Part shown: one piece after another, positions 1-13,636 of the stretch
Position numbering within the stretch: the stretch's first letter is position 1
Layout: each line of letters begins with the position of its first letter
Source: Eledone cirrhosa
Lineage: Eukaryota
Direction: 5' to 3'
Assembly: GCA_964016885.1 (NCBI GenBank)
Contig: OZ024742.1
Span: 336,164,001-336,228,000, forward strand
DNA length: 64,000 bases
Position numbers and translations under genes: made by a program
The notes under the pieces: generated by a model
The model's database searches: none
Seen by the model: only the letters and a program-made list of their open reading frames with translations
What the model was told of the DNA's origin: nothing

Positions 1-82
1 GCAGCTTCCAACCTTTCTTGTTTCTGTAAATGTTCCTTATTCTCTTGTCGTTTCCGACCCAGGCTTTTGTATAATCTCGTCT

Positions 83-1357
83 TCATCCCACAACACACCC
101 ACCCTCGCCATAACATCCCACAACACACCCACCCTCGCCACAACACCTCACAACACCACACAACACACCCACCTCGCCACAACACCTCACAACACCTCAC
201 AACACCACACAACACACCCACGCTCGCCACAACACCACACAGCACCCCCCCCCCCCCCACAACACCTCACAACACACCCACCCTCGCCACGACACCACAC
301 AACACCACACAACACACCCACCCTCGCCACAACACCTCACAACACCACACATCACACCCACCCTCTCTACAACACCACACAACACCACACAACACACCCA
401 CCCTCGCCACAACACCTCACAACACCACACAACACACCCACCCTCTCCACAACGCCACACAACACACCCACCCTCGCCACAACACCACACAACACACCCA
501 CCCTCGCCACGACACCTCACAACATCACACAACACACCCACCCTCCTCACAACACCACACAACACACCCACCCTCGCCACGACACCTCACAACGCCACAC
601 AACACACCCACCCTCCTCACAACACCACACAACACACCCACCCTCGCCACAACACCTCACAACACCACACAACACACCCACCCTCGCCATGACACCTCAC
701 AACAACACACAACACACCCACCCTCGCCACGACACCTCACAACGCCACACAACACACCCACCCTCCTCACAACACCACACAACACACCCACCCTCGCCAC
801 AACACCTCACAACACCACACAACACACCCACCCTCGCCATGACACCTCACAACAACACACAACACACCCACCCTCATCACGACACCTCACAACACCACAC
901 AACACACCCACCCTCGCCACAACACCACACAACACAGCCAACCTCGCCACAACACCTCACAACACCACACAACACACCCACCCTCGCCATGACACCTCAC
1001 AACAACACACAACACACCCACCCTCATCACGACACCTCACAACACCACACAACACACCCACGCTCGCCACAACACCTCACAACACCACACAACACACCCA
1101 CCTCGCCACAACACCTCACAACACCTCACAACACCACACAACACACCCACCTCGCCACAACACCTCACAACACCTCACAACACCACACAACACACCCACG
1201 CTCGCCACAACACCACACAGCACACTCACCCTCCCCACAACACCTCACAACACACCCACCCTCGCCACGACACCACACAACACCACACAACACACCCACC
1301 CTCGCCACGACACCACACAACACACCCACCCTCGCCACAACACCACACAACACCACC
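83..1357. repeat. C/A-rich minisatellite (aacaccacac/aacacacccaccctcgccac modules)
   Basis: 10-nt modules reiterated in 30/40-nt combinations; explains the H/T/P-rich ORFs. Confidence 0.95.
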
Positions 1358-1419
1358 AAACTACAACTTAAACCGTTGTCTTCCCTTCCATAACTTCTAT
1401 TGAACCAATGTATCGTCTT

Positions 1420-1932
1420 TCTCATCATCATAGTCATCACCATCATCATCATCATCATCATAGTCATCACCATCATCATCATCATCATCATAGTCATCAC
1501 CATCATCATCATCATCATCATAGTCATCACCATCATCATCATCATCATCATAGTCATCACCATCATCATCATCATCATCATAGTCATCACCATCATCATC
1601 ATCATCATCATCATCATAGTCATCACCATCATCATCATCATCATCCTAGTCATCACCATCATCATCATCATCATCATCATCATAGTCATCACCATCATCA
1701 TCATCATCATCATCATAGTCATCACCATCATCATCATAGTCATCATTATCGCCATCGTCATTATCGTTACCATTATCATCATCATCATCGTCTTCATCAT
1801 AATCATCAACATCAACATCCTCGTCATCCTATTCAACATCATCATCATCATCATCATCACTATCATCACCATCACCATCACCATCACCATCACCATCATC
1901 CCCATCATTATCGTTGTTGTTGTTGTTGTTGT
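1420..1932. repeat. (CAT)n compound microsatellite with ~30-nt higher-order unit, ending in (TTG)n
   Basis: direct reading; gives poly-His/Ile/Met ORFs. Confidence 0.95.
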
Positions 1933-2177
1933 TATAAGGAAGCTACCACAAACTCTAGCCAACTCTTGTTCCGTCTCTTCCACTTGAATTCGATCCAAAA
2001 TCCTAACAGATAAAAAAAATGAAGAAAAAGCAAAAGTAAAAAATCGGTTTCTCGCTCCGCCGGTCTATAGTCAGTCGTTCTAAAGTTATTTGCTGGTTGG
2101 CGCTTCTTCACATTTTGCTGGCTTTCCCATCACTCCAACTGTTGTCTAATTCTATTTTGCTTGTCTACTCATGTGTA

Positions 2178-2510
2178 AAAGCGCGTGGTTTAGTAGTTCA
2201 TGTGTTCGGCTCACGATCGTAAGGTAGAAAATACGATTTCCGTCGGTGCGTTGTATCATAAAGCAACACACTTTATTCCACGTAGTTATGGAGAAGAAAA
2301 ATAAATGGTTTGTATCTGTGATTCAAAATGTCGACTTTGTTACACACTGTGTCACGCTGAATCATCTTCAGAATTAGATTAAGGGTACACGTGTCTTTGG
2401 AATACTCAATCAAACTGCAAGTTAATTTCACGAGTAAGCTGTTCCGTTGTTTAAACAACTGGAACACTCGTCGTCGGAATCGACGAAGATCCAACGCTTA
2501 CGTGTGCCGT
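2178..2510 (+). mobile_element. tRNA-derived SINE, family B
   Basis: gcgcgtggtttagtagtt...ggctcacgatcgtaagg head; homologous to copies at 52621-52935 and 61778-62060. Confidence 0.7.
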
Positions 2511-2621
2511 AGAGTGAGAGAATGGAGGTTCAATCTTGACGTACTCAGAAAGTTGCTTGCTTTTGCTTTCCCACCACTCTGTTTTCTATTTCTAAATTGA
2601 CTGTGTACTCATGTTTGCGTG

Positions 2622-2692
<71 letters not shown>

Positions 2693-2989
2693 TACTCGTG
2701 TATTTGTGTATGTGTGTGTGCGTGTGTGCCAGTACCGTAGGGCACTTGAAGAGATCCAACTTGTGACATACACAGAGGTTGTAGTAAGGTACGTCCAACG
2801 ATACACTGTTGAGCTGTTTCGGTTGTAAACGTCAGCTGTCATTCATTTTCATAGCAGAATATTATCTGTAACAGTCTGTAAAACAAGCATGACCTACATT
2901 GTCGTTATATAGTTCGCCACACACACACAAAACTGTACATATATATACGCATTCGCACATTCCCCGCACACGCATAGATGTGCGTACAC

Positions 2990-3076
<87 letters not shown>

Positions 3077-3829
3077 ATTCGCGCACACACATTCACGCAC
3101 ACACACATGAAGACAGATATTGATTTGGCAGAGTTAGAGTTAGATATTTGTTCTGGGTCTCTGTTTTCTCGGGCCAAATCCCGACGAGGGGCACTTTCAT
3201 TCGTTCAAGGTCGGTATGTATAACCCTATATATGTATGTATGTATATGTATGTATCTTCGTATGTATATATGTTTGTATGTATGTGTATGTATGTATATA
3301 TGTATGTTCTTCTGGTTTTATAATTTCACAAATGTTTGCCAATAGAGAGAGAGAGAGAGTCGGTTTCTAACATAGACACAAGACTCTCTCATTGGAATTT
3401 ACACAACATCAACTAGGTAGATATGTATGTATGCCTGCATGTGTAGATATGGATGTTATTGTATGTGTGGATGTGGATGTTTTGAGTTGTATGTGTGTAT
3501 GTGTATATGCTTAGTATCTGTACATGTGTATATGCAGTTATTAGATGCAACACTTTTGGAATGTTGTACATATTTTTACTGTTCCATTAATGTATGTATG
3601 TATGTATGTATGTATGTGCGTGTGTATGTGTATGTATGTAGATCTGTATGTATATTCCAAGTTATAGACCTCAGTTTTATACCTAGGTAGCTTACATTTT
3701 CTATGTGGGTTCTGTGTTTCACGAAGGTGGTAGGCTATATAACGTTTGATGTTTCTTCATGTTTGCTTCTAACAAAACAACAAAAAGATCTATATTACCA
3801 GTTACTTCACTAGTTATAGGAAAACATTA

Positions 3830-4040
3830 GTGATTTCTAATGTAAGTACAAAGCCAGCAAACTTGGGGTAGGGCAAAGTTGATTAAATCAATCCCAATAC
3901 TTTATTGGTATCTATTTTATAGATCCCAGGCGAATGAATGTCAGAGGGTGGGATTTGAACTCAGAACGTGAAGAGCCAGAACATAAATACTGTAATAGTT
4001 ATTTTATTCGACGCTCTACCAATTCTGCCAATTCACTACT
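3830..4040 (-). mobile_element. SINE family A, decayed
   Basis: reverse complement of ttctgagttcaaatccc...gataaaata..taccag core. Confidence 0.65.
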
Positions 4041-4224
4041 CTGTCATTGGAAAATATATTGATTTTTAAAATAATTCATTTAGAATAATTCTGTAAATTA
4101 GTATTTTGAAAAACGAAACATGTTTTCCAGGAAAATAAATAAAAAACATTATATGTAGTGTCAAATTGACAATGTTTCCGTTGGTCTTTCCAATTGCTAA
4201 TATTATCTATCGGTCGAAATTCCA

Positions 4225-4350
4225 GGTAGAAGGAGCAACGTCAAATAAAGAGTCTTGCTCAAGGACATAACGCATCATCCGGTCCTGGAATCGAACTCAC
4301 AACCTCGCGATTGTGAATTTAATTCTCTAACCACTCAGCCACGCGCCTTC
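4225..4350 (-). mobile_element. SINE family B fragment
   Basis: rc of ggcgcgtggctgagtggttag...gagttcgattcc...tccttgagcaagac. Confidence 0.65.
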
Positions 4351-4680
4351 AAATTTGACGAAAGTCGATCGACTGTCGATATGTAGTGTAAACTTTATGT
4401 TAGGGTCTATATTTGTTTATTGTTTGTATATTCAGCTCAACTAGAACCATCTGTATTATTTGGATGTAACAATTTTTAGTGAATCAAACATTCCTAGATC
4501 ATCTGAAGATGGGCAGCAGTTTTTTGAAAGCAACGTATGCGGAATACGTTAGTGAATGTATGTGATTATATTTGTTTGCGGTATTAATAAACCCGTGCAA
4601 TGACTGGTACGGCTGTGGGGTGTAAATGTAGCATAAGACAAAGGTCTGCTGATGATAACTTTCATTATATATACTAGCAG

Positions 4681-4898
4681 CAAGGGCGGTGGATTGGCAG
4701 TGTCGATAGAGCGTCGAACGCCATGCTTTTCAGCAAAGAGTTACGGCCCTTTATGATCTGAGTTCAAATCCCGTCGAGGTTAACTTTGCCTTTCATCCTT
4801 ACGAGGTTGATAAAATAAAGTACCAGTCACGCACTGGAGTCGATTTAATCGACTTTCCCCTCCCTCAAAATTGCTGGCCTTGTGCCTATATAATAAAC
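4681..4898 (+). mobile_element. SINE family A (tRNA head plus Meta-like central domain) with 18-bp TSD
   Basis: A/B boxes (tggcagtgtcgatag; gagttcaaatccc); gcctttcatcc...gataaaataaagtaccag core; TSD cattatatatactagcag at 4663-4680 and 4899-4916. Confidence 0.9.
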
Positions 4899-4909
4899 CA
4901 TTATATATA

Positions 4910-4940
4910 CTAGCAGGTGTACCTGGCGTTGAACGGGTGT
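4910..4940 (-). mobile_element. Helitron 3'-end remnant
   Basis: rc reads acccgttcaacgccaggt hairpin then CTAG|T; matches ends at 31769, 38407 and 62547. Confidence 0.7.
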
Positions 4941-5241
4941 ATTAATACCTCACACAAATATAATCGCAGGCAACCACTATATTTCGTGCATATATATATA
5001 TATATATATATAATATTATTTCAAAATATTAATAAATATAGACATTCATGTGATCAAATATATTTTATTATATATATTTCAGAGGTACTGAGCTATTTCA
5101 TCAGTACGTCCTCATCAGATGTATGTATATATGTATGTATATGTACATACGGATGTGTGTGCATAGATTACTCGTTACTGCAAGTTTGACCTTGAAGATC
5201 TGTTTCCTATCCACTTGCTCACTTACTCACCTCACTATTAT

Positions 5242-5299
<58 letters not shown>

Positions 5300-5410
5300 A
5301 TCTATCCAGCTCTCTCTCTCATCTCTCTCTCCCTCCCTTTCTCCTCTCTCTCGCCCTCTCTAGTGTTAACATGACATGTTAATCTTTTATTTTTATCTCT
5401 CTTTACCACA

Positions 5411-5462
5411 AATCTAAATATATTAAATGTTTTTTTTTTCTTTTCTATATTTTCAGGTAAGA
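5411..5462 (+). promoter_or_regulatory. 3' splice site fused to 5' splice site (tttcag|gtaaga), candidate recursive splice site
   Basis: T-rich tract; no AG between 5363 and 5455; CAG 5454-5456 directly followed by GTAAGA. Confidence 0.55.
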
Positions 5463-5719
5463 AACTTTTTAAGGTATCCTTCATCTACGGTAAATTAACA
5501 TTATTATATTTCACTGAATCTTCAACCTTTTTATCTAATCTCTTCTCTTTTGAAAAACGCAAAAATTAGAAAAAAAACTAACAAAGGTAAAAAAAAAATA
5601 ATAATAATTAAAAAAACAGACAAAAACAACACAAAACACAAAAAACGTCGTCATTTACACAGGTCGAACCTGATTCTTTGTCATCGAGTGTTATGTTTAT
5701 CTCGTCGTCGTTGTTGTTG

Positions 5720-7640
5720 TTGGTGGTGGTTGTGGTGGTGGTTGTGGTAGAGGTGCTGCTAGTGGTGTTTGAGGTGATGGTGATGGTTATGGTAGAGTTG
5801 GTGGTGGTTGTGGTAGAGGTGCTGGTAGTGGTGTTTAAGGTGATGGTGATGGTTATGGTAGAGTTGGTGGTGGTTGTGGTAGAGGTGCTGGTAGTGGTGT
5901 TTCAGGTGATGGTGATGGTTATGGTAGAGTTGGTGGTGGTGGTAGTGGTTGTGGTAAAGGTGCTGGTAGTGGTGTTTGAGGTGATGGTGATGGTTATGGT
6001 ATAGTTGGTGGTGGTGGTGGTGGTTGTGGTAAAGGTGCTGGTAGTGGTGTTTGAGGTGATGGTGATGGTTATGGTAGAGTTGGTGGTGGTGGTGGTGGTG
6101 GTTGTGGTAAAGGTGCTGGTAGTGGTGTTTGAGGTGATGGTGATGGTAATGGTAGAGTTGGTGGTGGTGGTTGTGGTAAAGGTGCTGGTAGTGGTGTTTG
6201 AGGTGATGGTGATGGTTATGGTAGAGTTGGTGGTGGTGGTAGTGGTTGTGGTAAAGGTGCTGGTAGTGGTGTTTCAGGTGATGGTGATGGTTATGGTAGA
6301 GTTGGTGGTGGTTGTGGTAGAGGTGCTGGTAGTGGTGTTTCAGGTGATGGTGATGGTTATGGTAGAGTTGGTGGTGGTGGTAGTGGTTGTGGTAAAGGTG
6401 CTGGTAGTGGTGTTTGAGGTGATGGTGATGGTTATGGTAGAGTTGGTGGTGGTGGTAGTGGTTGTGGTAAAGGTGCTGGTAGTGGTGTTTGAGGTGATGG
6501 TGATGGTTATGGTAGAGTTGGTGGTGGTGGTGGTGGTTGTGGTAAAGGTGCTGGTAGTGGTGTTTGAGATGATGGTGATGGTAATGGTAGAGTTGGTGGT
6601 GGTGGTGGTGGTGGCTGTGGTAAAGGTGCTGGTAGTGGTGTTTGAGGTGATGGTGATGGTTATGGTAGAGTTGGTGGTGGTTGTGGTAGAGGTGCTGGTA
6701 GTGGTGTTTCAGGTGATGGTGATGGTAATGGTAGAGTTGGTGGTGGTGGTGGTGGTGGTTGTGGTAAAGGTGCTGGTAGTGGTGTTTGAGGTGATGGTGA
6801 TGGTAATGGTAGAGTTGGTGGTGGTGGTGATGGTGGTTGTGGTAAAGGTGCTGGTAGTGGTGTTTGAGGTGATGGTGATGGTAATGGTAGAGTTGGTGGT
6901 GGTGGTGGTTGTGGTAAAGGTGCTGGTAGTGGTGTTTCAGGTGATGGTGATGGTTATGGTAGAGTTGGTGGTGGTTGTGGTAGAGGTGCTGGTAGTGGTG
7001 TTTCAGGTGATGGTGATGGTTATGGTAGAGTTGGTGGTGGTGGTTGTGGTTGTGGTAAAGGTGCTGGTAGTGGTGTTTGAGGTGATGGTGATGGTAATGG
7101 TAGAGTTGGTGGTGGTGGTGGTGGTGGTGGTTGTGGTAAAGGTGCTGGTAGTGGTGTTTGAGGTGATGGTGATGATAATGGTAGAGTTGGTGGTGGTGGT
7201 GGTGGTTGTGGTAAAGGTGCTGGTAGTGGTGTTTGAGGTGATGGTGATGGTTATGGTAGAGTTGGTGGTGGTGGTAGTGGTTGTGGTAAAGGTGCTGGTA
7301 GTGGTGTTTGAGGTGATGGTGATGGTTATGGTAGAGTTGTTGGTGGTGGTAGTGGTTGTGGTAAAGGTGCTGGTAGTGGTGTTTGAGGTGATGGTGATGG
7401 TTATGGTAGAGTTGGTGTTGGTGGTAGTGGTGCTGGTAGTGGTGTTTGAGGTGATGGTGATGGTTATGGTGGAGTTGGTAGTGGTGGTGGTGGTAGGGGT
7501 GTTTGAGGTGATGGTAGAGTTGGTGGTGGAGTTGGTGGTGGTGGTGGTAGGGGTGCTGGTAGTGGTGTTTGAGGTGATGGTAGAGTTGGTGGTGGAGATG
7601 GTACAAGTGAGAGTGGTAGTGTGGGTTGTTTGGTGGTGGT
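5720..7640. repeat. GGT-rich minisatellite, ~60-75 bp unit
   Basis: unit gtggtaaaggtgctggtagtggtgtttgaggtgatggtgatggttatggtagagtt(ggt)n repeated roughly 28 times. Confidence 0.95.
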
Positions 7641-7641
7641 G

Positions 7642-7767
7642 CCACTACCACCACCACCAACTCTACCATAAACATCACCATCACCTCAAACACCACTACC
7701 AGCACCTTTACCACAACCACCACCACCACCACCACCAACTCTACCATTACCATCACCATCACCTCAA
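7642..7767. repeat. inverted copy of ~2 units of the adjacent minisatellite
   Basis: reverse complement of the array unit, abutting the array end. Confidence 0.9.
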
Positions 7768-8465
7768 CCCCAGGTCAACTCTAAACGATTAAAGACTGGA
7801 TTCGAGCCGGAGATTAATAGATGAGTACAGAAGAGTTGTGTCGTTTGAAAACCCTTTTCCCTGCTAAAGCAGATTGTTAGCCTTGCAGGCTCCACGAGAG
7901 CCTTAGTCATACTTACCATGGGGTCAATTTTAAGCTAATATTGAGTGCATGTTCTTTCCAGCACTAACCGTTTGTATTATGATATAATGGAGACTAAAGG
8001 ACAAGGACATCGACAAGAAGTGGGCGTTAGGGAATTTAGAAATTAGGAGCAGTGTCATTCTGAAAGGAGAAAATAAGGCAAAGGTTGGGTTGTTCAGAAG
8101 GAGTGTGTGGTTAGATGATGTGGAAACTAGTGCAGGGTCATTCAGAGAAGGCATGATGTGGTATGTTTAAGAATTAAATAGGCGTCGTTTAGAAAGGTGT
8201 GTCATGAGACGATGTAGTGATTAGAGTAGGGTCATCTAGAAGATGTGTGAGATTAGGTGATCTGTAGAGGTGGGGTATTCAGAAGGGACGACTTATGGGT
8301 GATGTAACAACCAAAGTAGGGGTGCATTGAAATGGGGTGTGTCATGACATGAAGTAGAAATTAAAGCAGGATAATACAGGAGTGTATCATGAAATGATGT
8401 AGAAATTAACCAGTCGGCTAGTTATAAGTAATTATGAATCACTGCCTCCTTACGGACAACTGACG

Positions 8466-8815
8466 TTGTACACCAAGTCCGAACACAGAAGTGTCGAACT
8501 TCCACTGTTATCGCCGCCATCTCTCTCGCCCTCCCCATCTCTCTCTATTGTGAGTAAATGGGGTCCCACGTGCTGGCCGCTCCACGTCTCCGGTGGGCAG
8601 AATGGAGAAGGTGTTTCTCCGGAGGATGGTAAAGGAGATGCGCTGGAAGAGCCATTCCATCTCGCGAGGCTCACACCGGCGGCTAGCCAGCTCAGCGCCT
8701 ATGGTGGTGAGTAGGGAAGTGGTCCTGGTACCAAGGACACGAGAAGTCTCCACTGCTAGGGCTCGACTGCAAACCTGTTGGAGAGCGACAGATACTTGGA
8801 GACCGATATTTGTAG
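8466..8815 (-). mobile_element. CRE-clade-like non-LTR retrotransposon 3' remnant (restriction-like endonuclease C-terminus)
   Basis: VETSRVLG...ELASRRCEPREMEWLFQRISFTILRRNTFSI resembles the ET.G.W...RE..L.QR.S..I.RGN motif; second copy at 40922-41210. Confidence 0.6.
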
Positions 8816-9204
8816 AAATTAAGACGGGGATGGGTGATTATTCAGACATGGTGTGTCTTGGGAGGATGTAGAGAACAAAGCGGGGAGGGGGGATTCAGAA
8901 AGGATGTGTGATGACATGATGTAACAATTAAAGCAGAGGACACATTCAGCAACAGTGGTGTATTGAGAGATGATGTAGAAACGAGGGTCGGGTAATTCAG
9001 ATGGAGTGTGTCGCAGGACATGGTCATTCCAAAAAGAGAAGTGTTTATGTTTGTATGTTGAGAGGTGATGTAGAAACTAAGGAAGGGGGGTCTTTACAAG
9101 GGCAGTGTAAGTTGGTGTCTTGTGAAATGAAATAATGATGATGGTGATGATGCTGGTGGATCGGTAGAACCTCGGACAAAATGCCATTGCATTATTTGTT
9201 CTGG

Positions 9205-9390
9205 GGCGGAAGATTGGCAGTATCGGTAGAGGGTCGGACGCCATGCTTTGACACATGGAGTTACGGCCCTTCCCATTCTGAGTTCAAATCACGCCGAGGT
9301 TAACTTTGCCTTTCATCCTTATGGGGTCGATAAAATAAAGTACCAGTAATACACTGGGTAATTGCTGGCCTTGTGCCAAAAGTAGAAACA
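9205..9390 (+). mobile_element. SINE family A with 14-bp TSD
   Basis: TSD attatttgttctgg at 9191-9204 and 9391-9404. Confidence 0.9.
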
Positions 9391-9554
9391 ATTATTTGTT
9401 CTGGTTGATTGCATTTTGATTTCAAACTCAGCCGTGGTCATCTTTACCCTTCATCGCCCGGAGTCGATAAAATCAAGTACCAGTCATGTGCTGGGGTTGG
9501 TTTATCAACCTTGCCTTTCCCTCACATTTGCTAGCCTTGTGCCTAAATTAGCAA

Positions 9555-9736
9555 TGAAGGATGATGGTGATGGTGGTGATGGTGATGATGATGATGGTGG
9601 TGGTGGTGATGATGAGGGTGATGGTCGTGGTGATGATGATAATGGTGGTGATGACAAGGATGATGGGGATAGTCATTGTGATGACAATGATGGAAGCGCA
9701 GATTATGATGATGGTAATGATGATGACGACGACAAC

Positions 9737-9770
<34 letters not shown>

Positions 9771-9812
9771 GTGATGGAAAAGGTGATAGTGATAATGATG
9801 ATGATGATGATG
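9555..9812. repeat. (GAT)n degenerate microsatellite
   Basis: direct reading. Confidence 0.9.
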
Positions 9813-10525
9813 ACACATCAGTGAAATACAGCACTTACTGAAATAGCTGTGCTCAAGAGTCATAACTAATGTTTCTTTATCAGTAAGATGAATGCCTTTT
9901 AAACATGATCTGTCAGTTGGTAATGTATGTGTATGTGTGTGTGTACTGTGTATTAGTGTATGTGTGTGTATATTAATGTATGTGTGTTATTTTTAGTGTG
10001 TATCTACTAATATGTAGGCGTGTAGGTGTTTGCGTGTATGTATATGTATTAGTATTTGTGTGAGTGTGTGTGTGTTAGTGGAGCGGAGATAGCGAGCGAA
10101 GGCCCCAGCTTTTATTACATTGTATGTATATGTATCATAAACTGTTGACGTGCCTGGCTTGTATCAGTAAACATATTTTTAGTAAGCAATTCTCAGTAAA
10201 CAATACTGTAAATAACTGTTGCTTCTCACAGAATAGCATCCATTGCCAGTCAATAAAAGAGCATCTACGTGGTCACCAGATTTTGCTAGAAATGACAGGC
10301 AAATCTCCATCGAATGACAGGCTACTCTCTTAAAATTGAAAGGACATATTAAGATAGTGTAGTTCTAGGAGCATTGGGTGTATGTGTGCGTGCTACCATA
10401 AATGCATGCACTTATTCATCGTTGATCACATTTGAATACTGCTCACATATCTGGGATAGAGTTGCTGTTAAACATACACAAACATCTTAATCGCTACTGT
10501 CTCTCTCTCTCTCTCTCTCTCTCTC

Positions 10526-10609
<84 letters not shown>

Positions 10610-10739
10610 TATATCAATCTGAAGCTGGCGCATTACTGTGCCAGTTCCTGTCATTCTTGAATTTAATTCAGGCCTTCGGCCTTCCATCAATCGAAAAAAC
10701 GATTGATGCTAAAAATACTTAGAATACTCTACTTGCTTC

Positions 10740-12900
10740 AGTAAAATTCTACTCACAAACAGAGTGAATTGTATCTACTTTCTTGTGAGGAAGAATGCCT
10801 CAGTCAATGCAGCACTGATGCTCATTCATACCGTGCACCATTCGGCAGCAAATCTATTCAGTGCACATCAGAGATCACCTTCCGACGAGTTAAGTAGTAC
10901 CATGTCGTCTGCAAATTCCAACCAACTGATCCTATTCCCGCCGCTCTGTATATAAATTCCGACACGGCAGTGCTTGTTAATTCTGTTCATGAAGATTATG
11001 AACAGGAGAGGTGACAGTACGCGCCCTTGGTGGAGTCCGACATTCACATTGAATGGTTTCGGGTTAGCGCCATTTATCCGATCCCAAATAGTAGGACATT
11101 CATACAGGGACTTCAAGGCAACATGGAGCTGACTATTGATCCCAGACTCCTGCAGAACCTTCAACAAGTTCCGCGGAACGCGGTCATATGCCTTTTAAAG
11201 TTTTACGAAATAAGTGTTGATATGTTGGCAATATTCACCGGATTACTTGAAGACCTGCCGCAGTACGAATATTTACGAAAACCACACTGTTCGTCAACTA
11301 GTATGGGCTTTATTATATCCTACATCTCCTTCCCAGTCACTTACCATATACTTTACGGGGGGGGAGGGGCATAACGAGGAGATTCCTCTATAATTGGAGC
11401 AATCTCTCTTGTCTCCTGTTTTGAAAATTAAGATTATCTCTCTCGATCGCCATTTCTTTCATGCCGTTCCAGTGACCCAGGATACGCTGTTTATGGTTTT
11501 TTACATCTCGGGTCAAATCTCTTCCTCCTCAGAGGCCGTATTATAATTGCTCTTGTGATTTCAGCCTCCAAAAGCTTAGTCTTCGCCCCTATATACACTG
11601 CATGTACACTTAAAGATGTTTTTGTGACCGGATTTAGAAGACAACCAGAATATTCTTTCCATCTTGCGAGGTTAGTGCCTCTCTTCAGAGAGAAGAATCC
11701 CAGACGAGTTCCTGAGAGCAGCCGTAAAAAACAGATGGATTTCTAGAATATGTATTTGTTGATTTAAAGTCGAATTCCAGCTTAGTCTTGGACGCCTTTC
11801 CTCTCTTTTCTGCAACTTTTCTCAATTGCTTATACCGCAAGTGCAAGAAAGAAGATTCATTTCCAAGCTCTGTAAGCCTCTTTCTTTGCTAGGGTGGAAT
11901 CTTTGACTTCCTGATTGAACCAGGGTTCCTCCTGCCACCTGGCGCCACAGCCAGACACTTTCGCCGCATCATTTAACAGCTGAAGCAGAAACTGCCAAGC
12001 TGAAGAGTCTCTACTCTGTTTCAATGTTCTCAATTTGTTCATGAAGTTCTCCAAATTTGGATGCAATAATATCTAAATACCTCGTCCTGAGCTCCTCACC
12101 AGCCAGTGCCTACCATCTCATCGGTTTTCTTGACTTTATGTTATTTCAGGCTGCAGATAACTAGTTAGTGATCAGTTGACAGTTCAGCATCTTTCTTAAC
12201 ACTAATATCCAACACTGAATCGAAGAGATCAAAAACAAAAAAAAAAACAGAAAAACATCATTTACTGATTTCTGGAAGGAGTCCATAATAGAGAACCCTT
12301 TACTAGAACAGAAGTATAATAAGGCCTCTCCGTTCGCATTTAGATCCTTTTGATGTTTGGTGGTCAGTGCCAGCATGTGCATTGAAGTCTCCCATGAGGA
12401 TATAGGATTCAGGCTTAACTACATCTAAAGCTGTCTGAGATATAAACTTGCACCACCAACAGACACCTATCTTTCACCCTTAGCTTCAAGAAGCAAATTC
12501 TCCCTGCTAATGACATTCAGTCCATAACACATTCCGACAGCCGGGGACATCCCCGAGTATCCCCACACTCTCCAATGCAGTCATTTCTGGCACCACACCT
12601 GAATAGTGGTGTTTCCATACTCCATCCAAATCTACGGTACCAGAGCTACGTAACTTTGTTGAGGAAACCCCGACTATATCTGATCGGTAACATCTGGTCT
12701 CCTCCATTAGTTTCTGCTTCTTACCTGTAAAGGTTGTAACTTTCCATGTGACAACAATTGAAATGTGCTCCCTTCTGGATCCTTTTTGGAGTCTCGAGAT
12801 ATGCAACCTTTGAGCGTCCATCCCACACCCTCCAGGGCAGGTAGCAGACCTATCGCCAGTTTCTACGACGTTGGTAGGTGATAACAATATATATTTTCAA
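10740..12900 (-). mobile_element. decayed RTE-clade LINE (Expander/Rex3-like), endonuclease and RT fragments
   Basis: APE start VVTWKVTTFTGK..DIVGVSSTK; RT motifs GLHQGRVLSPLLFIIFM and EFADDMVLL; many frameshifts. Confidence 0.85.
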
Positions 12901-13571
12901 ACAGGTCCCTCTACCCTAGGCCTGAACACATCCCTTATTACCTCCGCGTGAAGAACGATGCGATATGATTGCTTTTATTGCACCTGATCATACTGCAGTT
13001 TTTGTGGTCTTATTTACGCTAGTTAGCAATGTATTAATTTTTTCAGAGCCAGAAAAATAGGCTTTTTTTTATAATAAGCGGCAAGATAAAGATAGATAGA
13101 AAGATAGAGAGAGATTGAGAGAGAGAGAGGGATAAAGAGAGAGAGAGAGGGGGGGAGAGCGAGAGAAATAGATGGATGGTAGAGATAGGTAGAGAGAGGA
13201 GAGAGACGTGAGTATTATCATTAACAAGGTTAATCCTTATTAACTTCACCAGTTCAGTGGATTTATCCAGCGATCATTAGTATCTGCTCTTTTATCTACC
13301 CCCTCTCTCTTTCCATCTCTTTGTCCATCTGCCTGTCTCTCTTTCTCTCTTTCATCCCCTCTCTCTCTTTATATATCCAAGGACACCACATAACATGCCT
13401 TATAAAAGAATTACCGAGACTTGGTGATATGATGATTTAAGTGCAATTTGTGGGGAGGAGTTGATTATATCGAGCCAGTACGTCACTGGTACTTTATTGT
13501 ATCGACCGCGGAAGGGTGAAAGGCAACAAATACTTCGGGATGATTAATAATACCAATGTTAGAAAGACCCC

Positions 13572-13605
<34 letters not shown>

Positions 13606-13636
13606 CATCGTCATCATCGTTTAACGTCCAAGATAT

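Noticed and set aside
67-2013. H/T/P-rich, poly-His and poly-Ile ORFs
   Set aside because: G-poor repeats lack stop codons by composition.
4500-4545. CTGAAGA...GAAA hammerhead-like spacing
   Set aside because: Stems II and III do not pair convincingly.
4684-4775. tRNA gene
   Set aside because: A/B boxes belong to SINE heads and do not form a complete cloverleaf.
5759-7792. 667-aa His-rich and 595-aa Val-rich ORFs, plus a Gly-rich frame (GDGYG..GGCG) reminiscent of structural proteins
   Set aside because: Products of a triplet-based minisatellite; the Gly frame has a TGA in most units; no signal peptide or unique domain.
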